Position numbers and translations under genes: made by a program
Source: a virus
Virus record (IMG/VR): IMGVR_UViG_3300035661_000050
Direction: 5' to 3' (one strand)
Length of the DNA: 64,000 nt
In this document: one piece after another, positions 19,954 to 30,310 of the stretch
How the letters are laid out: each line of letters opens with the position of its first letter
Numbering within the stretch: position 1 is the stretch's first letter
Notes under the pieces: generated by a model
The model's input: the letters and a program-made list of their open reading frames with translations, nothing else
The model's database searches: none
Told to the model about the DNA's origin: nothing

Positions 19954-20918
19954 ACAGAAGCAAGTTTTTTACTTTTCAGTTTTCCTTCCAATGTTAATAG
20001 TTGATCTTGATTATCATCATCAGCAAGGAACTTAATTAAATCATCCTCATCTTTAGCTATTTCAAATTCTCCTTCATAGATTTTGCCACTAGGCTTAGCT
20101 CTATATATGGAGTGTATAATTGCTTGTTTAACAAGGTCTTTAATATGGAGTAAGTTTTCTTTCATATCAGCAAACCTATTGAACACTTCTACAGGACTTA
20201 ATCCCTGGAATTTACCAGATTTCATCTCTGTTTGTTTCAACATGTTGTCCACTTGATTATAAACTGATTCTTCTTTAGTTTCATCAGTTACAGGAAGTCC
20301 TAGCAATCTAGCCACCTTCTTTCTTTTTTCAGGAGTCATTTGTTCAAACTTCATAATAGCTTTGTTAATAAGCTGTTTCTTTTTGAACATCACTGCATTC
20401 TCAATCTCATCATCTGCTACATAGAATTGTATATCAGCAGCATATTCACCACGCTCCCAAGCTTGATAGCTAGAAGCAATTGTTGGATGCACTCTAAGCC
20501 AGCAGAAAGCTAATTCCTGAAAAGGAACACTAAGATCGAAAAAGTTATCACCATCTAATAGTTTGACAGATTGCACATGTGCAGTGTCTTCTGTTGAAGT
20601 GGAAAGTCCATAGTTCCAGAAAGCAGAACGAGGTCCTAAGTCAATACTTCCAAGTGCTAGTTCTAGTTTTTCTTTTAGAGCTGTTACACGTTCAACTTCC
20701 ATTTCTTTTTCCAGAGGATCAGAAATCCTACGAATGTAAGAAGCATTTGGATCAAGTCCTGTTCTATAATGACCATCCAATTCCTTGTAAGGATATTTGA
20801 ATACTCCTGTACCAGGAATTCTTGTAAGTCCTCTTCTAGAAAGACCACCTTGCATTGTTTGCAATTGAGAGTTATTGAACTCTCTTTTAATCGTTGAGAT
20901 TTTACCTATCTTACCCAT
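19950..20918 (-). CDS. Hypothetical head-associated protein (322 aa)
   Basis: ORF downstream of the capsid gene. Confidence 0.55.
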   Translation of the reverse strand: MGKIGKISTIKREFNNSQLQTMQGGLSRRGLTRIPGTGVFKYPYKELDGHYRTGLDPNASYIRRISDPLEKEMEVERVTALKEKLELALGSIDLGPRSAFWNYGLSTSTEDTAHVQSVKLLDGDNFFDLSVPFQELAFCWLRVHPTIASSYQAWERGEYAADIQFYVADDEIENAVMFKKKQLINKAIMKFEQMTPEKRKKVARLLGLPVTDETKEESVYNQVDNMLKQTEMKSGKFQGLSPVEVFNRFADMKENLLHIKDLVKQAIIHSIYRAKPSGKIYEGEFEIAKDEDDLIKFLADDDNQDQLLTLEGKLKSKKLASV

Positions 20919-21106
20919 TATTTAGTTTATTTGGTTTAAAAAATTAACTTACCCATATGTAGTTATTGCAGAGTGGCACCATCGAAGATAAAGCAGATAC
21001 ACATATAATGTACCTCTTCACTCTGTATTTAAGAGGAGCTCCCTGTGGTGGGAATGTTTGGGGGAGCTCTTCTTGGTAGGTTGCATACAGCCTAAGCTGT
21101 ATATTA
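20919..21106 (-). promoter_or_regulatory. Structured 3' region after putative capsid gene (three hairpins)
   Basis: Minus-strand hairpins ATACAGC-TTAG-GCTGTAT, GAGCTCCC-N18-GGGAGCTC and CCTCTT-N12-AAGAGG sit within 190 nt after the stop. This fits a terminator or stabiliser of an abundant transcript. Confidence 0.4.
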
Positions 21107-22660
21107 TTAGAATTGTGGAATCTCCTCGATAAGAACTGTACGAGAAAGATCCTCGATGAATACATCACAACGGTCTTTCATCCAAATCTCATATCCTGGG
21201 AATTTGTTAGCACTTGACATACCCTGAGATTTAGCAAAACCTAAGTGGTGACGAGTACCATCAATATATCCCCAAGTCATAGAAGGAGCACCTTTCATAC
21301 GTACTTCACGAATGTTATTAATCATTGAACCATCGCTCATAGGACTAACATCAAATACCATGAATACAGGTGTAGACTTCTTGTTCTGTCCAAACTCTAA
21401 ATTAGATTGTGGAAGATCAAGTTCTTTCAAGTGAATAAGTTCAACACGACCAGTCTCACGTGTAACCATTGCATCAAATGCAAAGTTGTAAGTGATATGT
21501 TGACCTTCTCCTTGCATGTAACGATTTCCAGAATCAGCCATGAAGGTAAGACCGCTGTTTAAAGCGTCATTCTTCAAAGCTTGTTGGAACACATCAAATC
21601 CAGCTTCATTAGTGTACATTTTCACTTTACGATCTTTAACATCCACCCTACGGTAGAAAAGATCACCAAACACAGAACGAATCAGGTTTGCAGAAAACTC
21701 ACCACGATTATATTGTACTAAGTTACCATTGTTACGCATTCTGTGGTAAACACCAGCAGATGTACGCTTCAACTCTTGCTTAGAACCATTACTTTTAACA
21801 GTACCTGGTTTAGACCAAATCATACGTTTAACTTTCAACTCAAGCATTGATTTACGCATCCAGAACTCAATGAATGGTTCCCATTTAACATCATTACGAG
21901 TTAAAGGAAGTTGGTTTCTACGCTGAGGAGCATATACCAATATATCCAAAGGTTTACCAGAAGCATCTCTCATCATCTTATCATCAGCCCACTCAGTGAT
22001 CTTGTGCTCATAACCATATGCAGAACCTAAAGATTCAAACATTGTGATTTGCTCACCTAAACGAGGAAGACCTAAAAGATCTTGATCAAATTCACCAATA
22101 GCAGCATCAACTAGTTCAAGTTCAATACCAACTTGTAAGAAGGTAGAACTAACGAAATCAACTGTTGGATTATCAGTCACCAAAGTGAATGAATACAACC
22201 AACCCATGTTCCAAGGAACTGGATCTTTGATAACGTAGAAACGAGGACCATATTGACGAGAACCTACAGAAACAATAGCATTCTTAGAAAACTCATTAGT
22301 ATCAATAACAAGAGAAAACTCTTGACCATCAATACCTGGTTTAGAAAGATCCATTGTTGATGTTGGAATGTCAACAATTTTAGGGAATTTGTAAGGAACA
22401 GCTACTTGCCATTTCCAAGCATCACTATTATTATCAATGTAATAAGGTGTGCTTTTGTTAATCATGTCTAAGAAATCATTGCTATACAATGAGCTCTGAG
22501 TGTAGAGACTAATGATTTTTTTATCATAGTCAGCAGGTTCAGTGCTGTGAAAGCTTTCTAGGTGATTAGAGTCTGTAAGTTTACCTACAGCACGCTTATC
22601 CATAGAAGCAACACGAGCATACGTGAAACCAGTTAAGCCTGGGATTGTTTGAATTGCCAT
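21107..22660 (-). CDS. Putative major capsid protein (517 aa)
   Basis: Lies immediately downstream of the acidic scaffold-like gene in a portal-scaffold-capsid order and is followed by a strongly structured 3' region. Assignment is positional, not motif-based. Confidence 0.45.
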   Translation of the reverse strand: MAIQTIPGLTGFTYARVASMDKRAVGKLTDSNHLESFHSTEPADYDKKIISLYTQSSLYSNDFLDMINKSTPYYIDNNSDAWKWQVAVPYKFPKIVDIPTSTMDLSKPGIDGQEFSLVIDTNEFSKNAIVSVGSRQYGPRFYVIKDPVPWNMGWLYSFTLVTDNPTVDFVSSTFLQVGIELELVDAAIGEFDQDLLGLPRLGEQITMFESLGSAYGYEHKITEWADDKMMRDASGKPLDILVYAPQRRNQLPLTRNDVKWEPFIEFWMRKSMLELKVKRMIWSKPGTVKSNGSKQELKRTSAGVYHRMRNNGNLVQYNRGEFSANLIRSVFGDLFYRRVDVKDRKVKMYTNEAGFDVFQQALKNDALNSGLTFMADSGNRYMQGEGQHITYNFAFDAMVTRETGRVELIHLKELDLPQSNLEFGQNKKSTPVFMVFDVSPMSDGSMINNIREVRMKGAPSMTWGYIDGTRHHLGFAKSQGMSSANKFPGYEIWMKDRCDVFIEDLSRTVLIEEIPQF

Positions 22661-22689
22661 TTTTTATTCTTTTTTAAAAATTTAATTGA

Positions 22690-23976
22690 TTATAAAAACC
22701 AGGAAGATGAAGAAGACTTATTAGATCCTGATGATTTAACACCAGATTTTGTAACTTGTCTAGCCACCTCACTGAATAATTTATCTGACTTTTTAGATAT
22801 GCCTGATTTCTGAATGGTAGATAGGGTTGGGTCTTTTTCAAGGATTTTCAAGAGCAGTCCCACCTTCACTTTCATTTCATGATTCTCAGGTCTTTTTAGT
22901 TCCAGGATTGTTCTGTCAAAATCTGTTAAGGTTTCTCCAGAAGCTGTTTTATATTTATCCACTAGCAAGAAGTCCTGTAGCTCATTTGCTAATGTTGGAT
23001 TGATGGGAATACCATCAAATTCCTTTCCTTTTAGTTTTTCCTGTAGAACAGACTGAACATTGCTTACATACATGTTACGAATGGCAGACTTTTGTTCTAG
23101 TTCTCTTTGTGAATTCTGTTCAAGTTGTTGTATCTTAACAGCCTCTTTTTTCACTAACACTTTATGATGCTTTTGAGCTACGCTCTCTAGATCACCATAG
23201 TTTTTCAATCTTTCTATTTCTGTATTTATATCTTCAGGCTCATATCCATTATCATTAAGAGCTTGTTTGATAATAGCCATCTGATTAGTTTCATCTGATA
23301 AGTCCATTTCAGCAAAACTCTGTATACTATTAAATACACCAAAGTATTCTTTAGGATTAACACCCTTTACAAATATGGCTTCAAATGCTTGTTGATAGTC
23401 TTCACCAAATTGTCCTATGAAGTTTTGTACCACTTCAACAGCTCCCTTTTTCTTTTCCTCTTGAAATCTCTCAAGGAACTTTTCAGGACTGCTTATGTCT
23501 AAATCTTCTTCATCATCATTATCTCCTTTAGAGAACACTCCAAGTTTGAATAGGTCATTAGAAAGAGCTTTGAACCTATTAGATTCAACTTGTTCTTCTG
23601 TAAGTTCTTCATCTTCCTCAGTGTTAGCTTCAGGAGCAACTTCTTTTGCAGGAGCAGCTTTATCTTTCTTTGCTATAGGAGCAGGTGTTGCTTCTTCTTC
23701 CTCTTCTTCCTCATCATCTCCTAATAAAAAATCTTGTAAGCTTTTCTTAGCTTCAACATCTTCTTTAGCAGTGGACTTTTCAGAACTCTTTGATTCTGAG
23801 GGAGTTACTTCTTTCACAATAGGTTCATCCTTAATTTCTTTTATGTCATCAGGATTACTAGTGGAGGTTTCTGGGGACATGAGATCACTAAGGAGCTCAG
23901 CATTTCCCATTCCCATTTCCATTGTATTCTCAATGGAGAAGTTTCCAAACGATGGACTATCTAAATTATCAGCCAT
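22690..23976 (-). CDS. Acidic scaffold-like protein (428 aa)
   Basis: Very acidic (EEEEEEE, DDEEDLD). Predicted helical and coiled-coil. Sits between portal and capsid genes. Confidence 0.45.
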   Translation of the reverse strand: MADNLDSPSFGNFSIENTMEMGMGNAELLSDLMSPETSTSNPDDIKEIKDEPIVKEVTPSESKSSEKSTAKEDVEAKKSLQDFLLGDDEEEEEEEATPAPIAKKDKAAPAKEVAPEANTEEDEELTEEQVESNRFKALSNDLFKLGVFSKGDNDDEEDLDISSPEKFLERFQEEKKKGAVEVVQNFIGQFGEDYQQAFEAIFVKGVNPKEYFGVFNSIQSFAEMDLSDETNQMAIIKQALNDNGYEPEDINTEIERLKNYGDLESVAQKHHKVLVKKEAVKIQQLEQNSQRELEQKSAIRNMYVSNVQSVLQEKLKGKEFDGIPINPTLANELQDFLLVDKYKTASGETLTDFDRTILELKRPENHEMKVKVGLLLKILEKDPTLSTIQKSGISKKSDKLFSEVARQVTKSGVKSSGSNKSSSSSWFL

Positions 23977-24095
23977 ATGTAGTTGTTTTACTTGGTTTTA
24001 TGAATGTAAAAATATGATATACTGTGTTAATAACAAAGACTTAGATGGAGTATTTGGTCAAAATTCGTGATAATATAGCATTAACTTATTTTACT

Positions 24096-24626
24096 CTAAT
24101 CAAGTTTGTTTGAAATTACGTCATTTATTATTCTATAACTCCTTATTGGAGCCACATCAGTGAGTGTAACTTGCTGAATATCAACACCCCACTTTCTTGC
24201 TTCCACTCTTGCTTTCTTTGTAAGAGTGGCATCAAGATCTGGATCTGTACATTTTTCTGAAGGCAATGATGTAATTACGTTTTTAATAATGCTGAGAGTC
24301 ATATCTGATATAGCATCCTTAGCATCATACACTTCTAGTAGAAATGTCTTTATATCAGATATCTTATATTTAATCACTCCCTTCACCACAATGTTCTGTT
24401 TATCAAGGGTATATAAAGACTGAGCTGGTAGACTGAGAGTGGTAACCACCACATGCTGTCTAATAACATCATCTACAAAAGAAATCTTAAAATGTAGTCC
24501 TGGTTCTAACACCTTCTTAAACTTACCAAATCTAAGCAACACTCCTTTCTCATAGGAAGGTATCACTACCACTGGAAGGATGGTGTTAAACCATTCTATT
24601 ATAAAGTCTATAAGTTTATCAAACAT
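24096..24626 (-). CDS. SPFH/band-7 (stomatin/prohibitin-like) domain protein (176 aa)
   Basis: ..GLHFKISFVDDVIRQHVVVTTLSLPAQSLYTLDKQNIVVKGVIKYKISD.. matches the SPFH domain core. Confidence 0.55.
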   Translation of the reverse strand: MFDKLIDFIIEWFNTILPVVVIPSYEKGVLLRFGKFKKVLEPGLHFKISFVDDVIRQHVVVTTLSLPAQSLYTLDKQNIVVKGVIKYKISDIKTFLLEVYDAKDAISDMTLSIIKNVITSLPSEKCTDPDLDATLTKKARVEARKWGVDIQQVTLTDVAPIRSYRIINDVISNKLD

Positions 24627-27211
24627 TATTTAGATTTTTTATTTCTACCCTTTGCATTCTCTTTTGCTACAGCTAGATCATTTGCCTGATTCTCTCTAGC
24701 CACTTGAAGCTTTTCTTTTTCAATAGCCATCTTATCAGCAGCTTGTTTATTCTTTGAATTTATCTCAGCTAGCTTTACTTCATAATCTTTTGCAGCTCTC
24801 ACTTGCTCATTTGCTAACTTGCTACTTTCTAATACATCAGGAACAGCATTTTTATTAACATCCTCACTCTCCACCTTTCCAAATCCTGTAGCTTGTATAA
24901 TGGCAATCTTCTCTTTAGATAGCCTATCAAGTTCTTTTTGATAGTCATCATGAGCTTGTTTCTCTTGAGCCATCTGAGCAGCTTGTTGTAATTGAGCTTG
25001 AGCTTGTTCAGATTGTTGTTGTTGCTGTTGTTGTTGCAATTGCATTTGTTGATCTTGCATTTGCTCTTGTCTTTCCTTAAGAGTTTTAAACACCTTTTTC
25101 ATCTGTCTAACGCTCTTAGTGCTGTACAATTCAATGATGTCATATAAAGATCCACCATTCTGAATAACAGCCTGAGAAAGTCCTCTAATCTCCTGGAACA
25201 TTTGATTATCTTCTGGTCTATTAGTGAGGAACACTTTGAGATCTCTAAATCTGAGGTCACTTCCATTCACTTGAACAAAAGCTGATTCTCCTTCAGAAGT
25301 AATGTATGAAAGTGTGGATTGTGGTTTCTTGCTTTCTACATATAGGGCTGCATCAATGATTGCTTGATAGAGCTGACCCATTACATATTCATGAGCTACA
25401 AATAAAGGTTCTGTTTGAGAATAGGATTGTTGAATAGCAGCATTAGTTCCTGTTGCAGATTCTGAAGCTGTTATAGATCCAAGTCTTTGTCTAGACATAC
25501 CTACAAGTTCCCAACACTCATTCTTTAATTGTATAGCTAATTGATATCTAGATTGTATCTCCTGTGTACGTGTAAGATCTATATCCCTAAACTGATTAAA
25601 TGAGCTAGGAGATTTTAGATTCTCTGGACTATCATCAATGAACATCACCCCTCTATTACGAGCTTCCATTTCCCAAACATCTAATGCATCTTGAGCATCA
25701 CCATCTTTAGGAATAGGAATGTGTCTAATAGATGTGAGATACACCTTACCAACTTCCTTCTCAAGGAGCTTATAAAGCTGGTTCATACAGACATTATATA
25801 ACACCTGAAAAGGTTTCATCATATCCACAAGACTCTTAGCTTCTGTATTCTTCACCTCATGTGTGAGTCCTATAATAGGGCAATAGTTAAGTAGTCTGTA
25901 TGGTTTAATATGGTAGATGTCTGGACCAATCTTAATACCCTGATACCATTCATTTATCCATCCCCATTCTAGAGATTGTTGTGTAGGGATAGTTCCTGAT
26001 TTGTAATTCTCATCCACCAATGTAGATTGTTCATTACCCACTTCATCCAGATATATAAGCTTGCCAATCTTTCTTTTAGAAATCCAATAGGCTCTCACCA
26101 CAACATACTTATAACCAAATGAAGATACGTTTGATGTAAGTCCTAAGAAGTCTTTTAGTCCATCATTGTTCTCCTTCATTTCTGATTCTATAATCATACG
26201 TGTTTGAAGAACAAGAGGATCGAATGTATCATATTGTACAGAATCAATTCCAGGTATAGCATTAGGATTGCCTAGATTAGACTCCCTAACATTAATTAAT
26301 CCATAATCCTGAAGTGAACTTCTTAAATGGTCAATCTCTTCCTTTGTAAGATCTGGAATAGATTCAATAATCTCTGATAGTTCCATCACCTGAACAGTTC
26401 CTGCAGCATATGCACCTATTGCTCTACCTGTAACATCAGAAGTGTACTTCCTATCTGGTGTTGTAAGGAACCATGTATTCTTTGGGTTAGCCACCTCAAT
26501 ATTAAATCCAAGCTTAGAGTTGTCCTCATATATATGATAGAACTCTCTAGCTGAAATAAGAAGATCTCTGAATGCATCTTCTGATTTTTCTTTTAAATTA
26601 AACTCAGCCTTCTGACAGATAAGCACATGATTAGCCCATTTCTCAGCTACAGAAGTGTAACTATCAAGCTCATCTTTTACATTCTCCATAGTCATTTGCT
26701 GAACATCTTCATCAGATAGTTCTTCTCCTTGCATAGCAGCCTTCTCAACAATCTTTTTCTTAGCATTCTCCATTACATATTGCTGTAGAATATCTGTCTT
26801 AAATTGTAGTTCTTCAGCCTTACTATCATCATCAAAAGCTTTCACTCTGAATGTGTCTGGTCTTTTAGATATCTCTCCTACAAGTTCATTAATAGGAGTG
26901 GTGATGATGGAATAATGTTTTACATAACTAGGAAGTTTAAGATCTATTGTAAGCATCTCTGTAAAACTTTTCACCTGAGGTTCTTGGTAAAAATCTTCCA
27001 TTCTTAAAATACCTTTGACAAGATCATAGTTTTTAACAAAGGTGTCTCTGTTCTTTACATACTCAGCATAAGCTTTGTTTGCAAAGTAGTCCATAGTATT
27101 CTTTATCCAACTCTCATCCATTTTCTCCTTCTCAGTTTTGAACTGATCAGGGAATATATTTAAATAAGCGTACCTGATGGTAGCATCTTTTGTATACCTT
27201 ATAATTGCCAT
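24626..27211 (-). CDS. Portal protein (861 aa) with C-terminal poly-Gln coiled-coil extension
   Basis: Large ORF immediately downstream of the large terminase (ATGA overlap). Size and position are portal-like. C-terminal QQMQLQQQQQQQQ coiled coil. Confidence 0.55.
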   Translation of the reverse strand: MAIIRYTKDATIRYAYLNIFPDQFKTEKEKMDESWIKNTMDYFANKAYAEYVKNRDTFVKNYDLVKGILRMEDFYQEPQVKSFTEMLTIDLKLPSYVKHYSIITTPINELVGEISKRPDTFRVKAFDDDSKAEELQFKTDILQQYVMENAKKKIVEKAAMQGEELSDEDVQQMTMENVKDELDSYTSVAEKWANHVLICQKAEFNLKEKSEDAFRDLLISAREFYHIYEDNSKLGFNIEVANPKNTWFLTTPDRKYTSDVTGRAIGAYAAGTVQVMELSEIIESIPDLTKEEIDHLRSSLQDYGLINVRESNLGNPNAIPGIDSVQYDTFDPLVLQTRMIIESEMKENNDGLKDFLGLTSNVSSFGYKYVVVRAYWISKRKIGKLIYLDEVGNEQSTLVDENYKSGTIPTQQSLEWGWINEWYQGIKIGPDIYHIKPYRLLNYCPIIGLTHEVKNTEAKSLVDMMKPFQVLYNVCMNQLYKLLEKEVGKVYLTSIRHIPIPKDGDAQDALDVWEMEARNRGVMFIDDSPENLKSPSSFNQFRDIDLTRTQEIQSRYQLAIQLKNECWELVGMSRQRLGSITASESATGTNAAIQQSYSQTEPLFVAHEYVMGQLYQAIIDAALYVESKKPQSTLSYITSEGESAFVQVNGSDLRFRDLKVFLTNRPEDNQMFQEIRGLSQAVIQNGGSLYDIIELYSTKSVRQMKKVFKTLKERQEQMQDQQMQLQQQQQQQQSEQAQAQLQQAAQMAQEKQAHDDYQKELDRLSKEKIAIIQATGFGKVESEDVNKNAVPDVLESSKLANEQVRAAKDYEVKLAEINSKNKQAADKMAIEKEKLQVARENQANDLAVAKENAKGRNKKSK
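25014..25052. repeat. (TTG)n / CAA-CAG triplet microsatellite encoding poly-Q in portal gene
   Basis: ttgttgttgttgctgttgttgttgcaattgcatttgttg is seen directly. Confidence 0.6.
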
Positions 27212-29232
27212 TATGTAAACAGTTTACGTTTTTTTGTATTAAATAATCCTCTTGAGTCTGTGAATAATGCGTTCTTTGTTTTGTGAGCAAACATAGCTTT
27301 CACTCTTTCATCACCACTCCCTCCCACTTTTCCCATAATAGGATCCATCTTAAGTGCTTGAGCAATAGCTAATTCTGCTGCTATGATTCTATCAAAGTTA
27401 GACACATCATTATATTGTATTATCTCTTCTAGAAGAACAGGATCAAATATCTTATTCACTCCTGTCACTTCTTTTGTTACATTCCCTTCAGCATCTGTCT
27501 CTCTCACTAACACTTCCTCCATATATTTCTTCAGACAGTTGTGAAGATAGTCTCTGATTTTATCAGAACTTCTATGCACACCATACTCACGTTTAACGGT
27601 GGTATTTGGTACAATCTCCATAAGCCACTGAGGTTGTTTCTCTAGATAGTGAGCATCCCCCTTACTCTTCATATATTCAATAAAGGATATATCATCATTC
27701 TCACAGAGTGTCCTAGCGTTATAATATTTAATCAGGAGCCTAGCTTGTTCTTCCCATACATCCTTCTTATCAGGTCTAGCACAATACGAAGCTACGAACA
27801 TATCCTGATACTTCTCTCCTGTAATATCATGCATTCGTTTATAAACATAAACTGCTCCTAGGGAAGAGCTATATGCAGATTTACCTTGTCTATAAGGATC
27901 CACTCCAGCTACATACAATCCATAAGGAGGATTGTCTATAGGGAATTCATATATTACAACAGGAGCATCTTTAAGATCACTATTCTTTAGAGGGAAGTTT
28001 GTAATAGGTTGTTTATCTGTAAACTCATGACCTATCTTTCCCTCATCAGCAAATAGAATAACAGGAGTGCCTGTTCTTTCCTGTTGAAGAAGTCTAGATT
28101 TTTGCCTCTTAGCAGATTCAATATCAAATATATTTGTGTCCTCATTAAGGAATATATCATCCACTTCAAGTGGGTAGTACATCTTTTCTTTTAGATAGGC
28201 TATCCTATCTCCAGCCTTTTTGAGTCTTTCTAAATTGTTTTGTGTTATTTCTAAAGCCTTTTCTGGATTGCTCACCAGCATTTTCACATTATGAAGATCA
28301 CTTTCTTTTGGTTCATTAAGAAATGTTCCAAGCGTAGACTCTTCTTTAGACTCCATTCTATACTTATAGGAAATGAACAAACCATGAATACGTCTATCAT
28401 CTTTCTCATTATTATACGTCAGGAAGTTGAAATTATCCACATCAAACATCAAGCTCTTGGCATCCATGAATCTCTTCATATCACCACCTGTTCCTGTTAG
28501 AATAGGAGAACATCCCCATCCAAATGGTGTTGTAAAACCTGGAACAGCAGCCTGAAATCCTCTTAGAAAATTTCCTTTTCCAATCTCATCTATTATAAGC
28601 TTACGTGGTTTTGTACCAGCAATAGCCTCTTCATTATTACCTTCATCAAGGTTACGTATAAGGATTTGAGAGAATGGGATTCTTTCTCCACCCTTTGTTT
28701 TAATTCCAAGAGTCACTTGGTTCTTCCAATTATCTTCTATTCTCTGCCATCTCCAAGCTTCTGGTAGGAAGTTAAGACCCTTATCTATCTTATCTGTAAT
28801 AAGCTTTATATCTGGAGCATTCAGTCCTGCTATAATGTTCTGAGAGTTTTCATCAAATGTAGCACCCCATGCAATATAAGATGCTTCAATAACAGACTTT
28901 GCAAACCTTCTTATTCCAAGAATCACTAGTCCTTTCTTTTCCTGTTGAGCTCTATCTATTTCATTTGTAACAATCCACTCATTATCTCTAAGCAAGGGAT
29001 TGGCATACTTCTGGGAGATTCTATTATTAGCATCTATTATGTCCACCTCTGTATGCCATATGTTTAAATGCCAATATAAAAATGGGTTGATGTAAACACC
29101 CCCCATCATAGCTCCATTTAAGCAAAGCTCCTTATGGTAGTCATAGAAAGCTTTGTGTTCTGAAGAGGCTTTATCAGGCAAAGCCTTCTGATTTATAAAC
29201 CAATCTTTATAATCTATACTTTGTAGTTCCAT
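27211..29232 (-). CDS. terL: Terminase large subunit (673 aa)
   Basis: Deviant Walker A (GIRRFAKS), Walker B (KLIIDEIG), C-terminal RNaseH-like nuclease signature (..VAGVDPYRQGKS..). First large gene of the packaging/head operon. Confidence 0.65.
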   Translation of the reverse strand: MELQSIDYKDWFINQKALPDKASSEHKAFYDYHKELCLNGAMMGGVYINPFLYWHLNIWHTEVDIIDANNRISQKYANPLLRDNEWIVTNEIDRAQQEKKGLVILGIRRFAKSVIEASYIAWGATFDENSQNIIAGLNAPDIKLITDKIDKGLNFLPEAWRWQRIEDNWKNQVTLGIKTKGGERIPFSQILIRNLDEGNNEEAIAGTKPRKLIIDEIGKGNFLRGFQAAVPGFTTPFGWGCSPILTGTGGDMKRFMDAKSLMFDVDNFNFLTYNNEKDDRRIHGLFISYKYRMESKEESTLGTFLNEPKESDLHNVKMLVSNPEKALEITQNNLERLKKAGDRIAYLKEKMYYPLEVDDIFLNEDTNIFDIESAKRQKSRLLQQERTGTPVILFADEGKIGHEFTDKQPITNFPLKNSDLKDAPVVIYEFPIDNPPYGLYVAGVDPYRQGKSAYSSSLGAVYVYKRMHDITGEKYQDMFVASYCARPDKKDVWEEQARLLIKYYNARTLCENDDISFIEYMKSKGDAHYLEKQPQWLMEIVPNTTVKREYGVHRSSDKIRDYLHNCLKKYMEEVLVRETDAEGNVTKEVTGVNKIFDPVLLEEIIQYNDVSNFDRIIAAELAIAQALKMDPIMGKVGGSGDERVKAMFAHKTKNALFTDSRGLFNTKKRKLFT

Positions 29233-29564
29233 TATTTCCTATTTTTAAGGAAATCCTCAGCCATAGAGCTGAGCTCACCATTACCCCTCACTTCTATTTT
29301 AGCTTCTTCAATCTTTCTTAGCTTATCCACCACTTCAAGAAGAGCTAAATAATTCTTCATTGTTTCTTGTATAAACTTACCCTGTGCCTCAATACTTGCT
29401 ATCACCATAGGAAGCATTCCTCCTTTAGATGTAGGCTTCCATTCTATTCTATCCTTTAGTTGATGCAGAGGATTAGCATCTACATATTGCTTCCAAGATG
29501 AGAGCTGTTCTTCAGCCCAATCAAGTTCAGCATTTATATATGTAGTTTTTTTAGTAGTCGCCAC
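29232..29564 (-). CDS. Hypothetical protein (110 aa); possible small terminase candidate by position only
   Basis: ORF directly upstream of terL (ATGA overlap). No motif. Confidence 0.35.
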   Translation of the reverse strand: MATTKKTTYINAELDWAEEQLSSWKQYVDANPLHQLKDRIEWKPTSKGGMLPMVIASIEAQGKFIQETMKNYLALLEVVDKLRKIEEAKIEVRGNGELSSMAEDFLKNRK

Positions 29565-29832
29565 TATCTTCTTCTTTTAAAATATTATCAAGGTCCATAC
29601 CCTGCTTTATAATCTTGTCAATCTCCTTCTCCTCATATCTCTGGATGTCCATATCCAATTGACTCTTATATTTGTCAAGGGTGAATGCAAGTTCTTTATC
29701 TGTTATTCCCCATACATCTCCATATTCATCTAATGCTGTAGCTAAATGTCTACCCATATTATATTGTGGATAGGAGATGTGTAGTTGTTGTAATGTGTGT
29801 AATGTTTGGTTGTAGTAGTTTGGTTTTCTCAT
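29551..29832 (-). CDS. Hypothetical protein (93 aa)
   Basis: ORF in operon. Confidence 0.4.
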   Translation of the reverse strand: MRKPNYYNQTLHTLQQLHISYPQYNMGRHLATALDEYGDVWGITDKELAFTLDKYKSQLDMDIQRYEEKEIDKIIKQGMDLDNILKEEDSGDY

Positions 29833-29837
29833 GGTTT

Positions 29838-30020
29838 CTATTTTACAATTAGTCCAGAGGATGTAGCTGAGAGTTTAGCAAGTCCTGGTTTCACTACATC
29901 TAATAATAGTTTTTGAATCTCATCATTAGCCATCTTTTGTGTTTGTTCTGTAATTCCTGGTGTTGCACATAAAGCTCCTAGCTTCTCAATTACAATCCAT
30001 GCTTCCATTGTTGGGTTCAT
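29838..30020 (-). CDS. Hypothetical protein (60 aa)
   Basis: ORF in operon. Confidence 0.35.
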   Translation of the reverse strand: MNPTMEAWIVIEKLGALCATPGITEQTQKMANDEIQKLLLDVVKPGLAKLSATSSGLIVK

Positions 30021-30310
30021 ATTATTTGGTTTAATTCATCCTCATCTGAGGGGTTAATATTTATTTTTGAAAAGAGTTCTGTGTCTTCCATTAGTTCATC
30101 ATATTTAGCTCTAGCTTCTTCAGTCATATATTCTCTTGTAAAAGAAATACCCATATGATCTTCTTCTTCCTCTGTTATTCCTATGATGTCTATATATTCC
30201 ACACCATAATCAAACAGCTTAAGCATAATAGTCATAAGCTTTGCTAAGGGTATTTTTTGTAACCTCAGTTCACTATATTCTTCATTATCACCCTCATCGT
30301 GGTTCTCCAT
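30017..30310 (-). CDS. Hypothetical acidic protein (97 aa)
   Basis: ORF in operon. Confidence 0.4.
   Translation of the reverse strand: MENHDEGDNEEYSELRLQKIPLAKLMTIMLKLFDYGVEYIDIIGITEEEEDHMGISFTREYMTEEARAKYDELMEDTELFSKININPSDEDELNQII

Noticed and set aside
20944-21168. Minus-strand 74-aa ORF overlapping the capsid gene 3' end
   Set aside because: Lies in the hairpin-rich 3' region and overlaps the larger gene out of frame. No coding signal.
23495-24070. Plus-strand 191-aa Ser-rich ORF
   Set aside because: Antisense to the acidic scaffold-like gene (GAA/GAT repeats give TTC/ATC Ser/Phe codons). Implausible composition.
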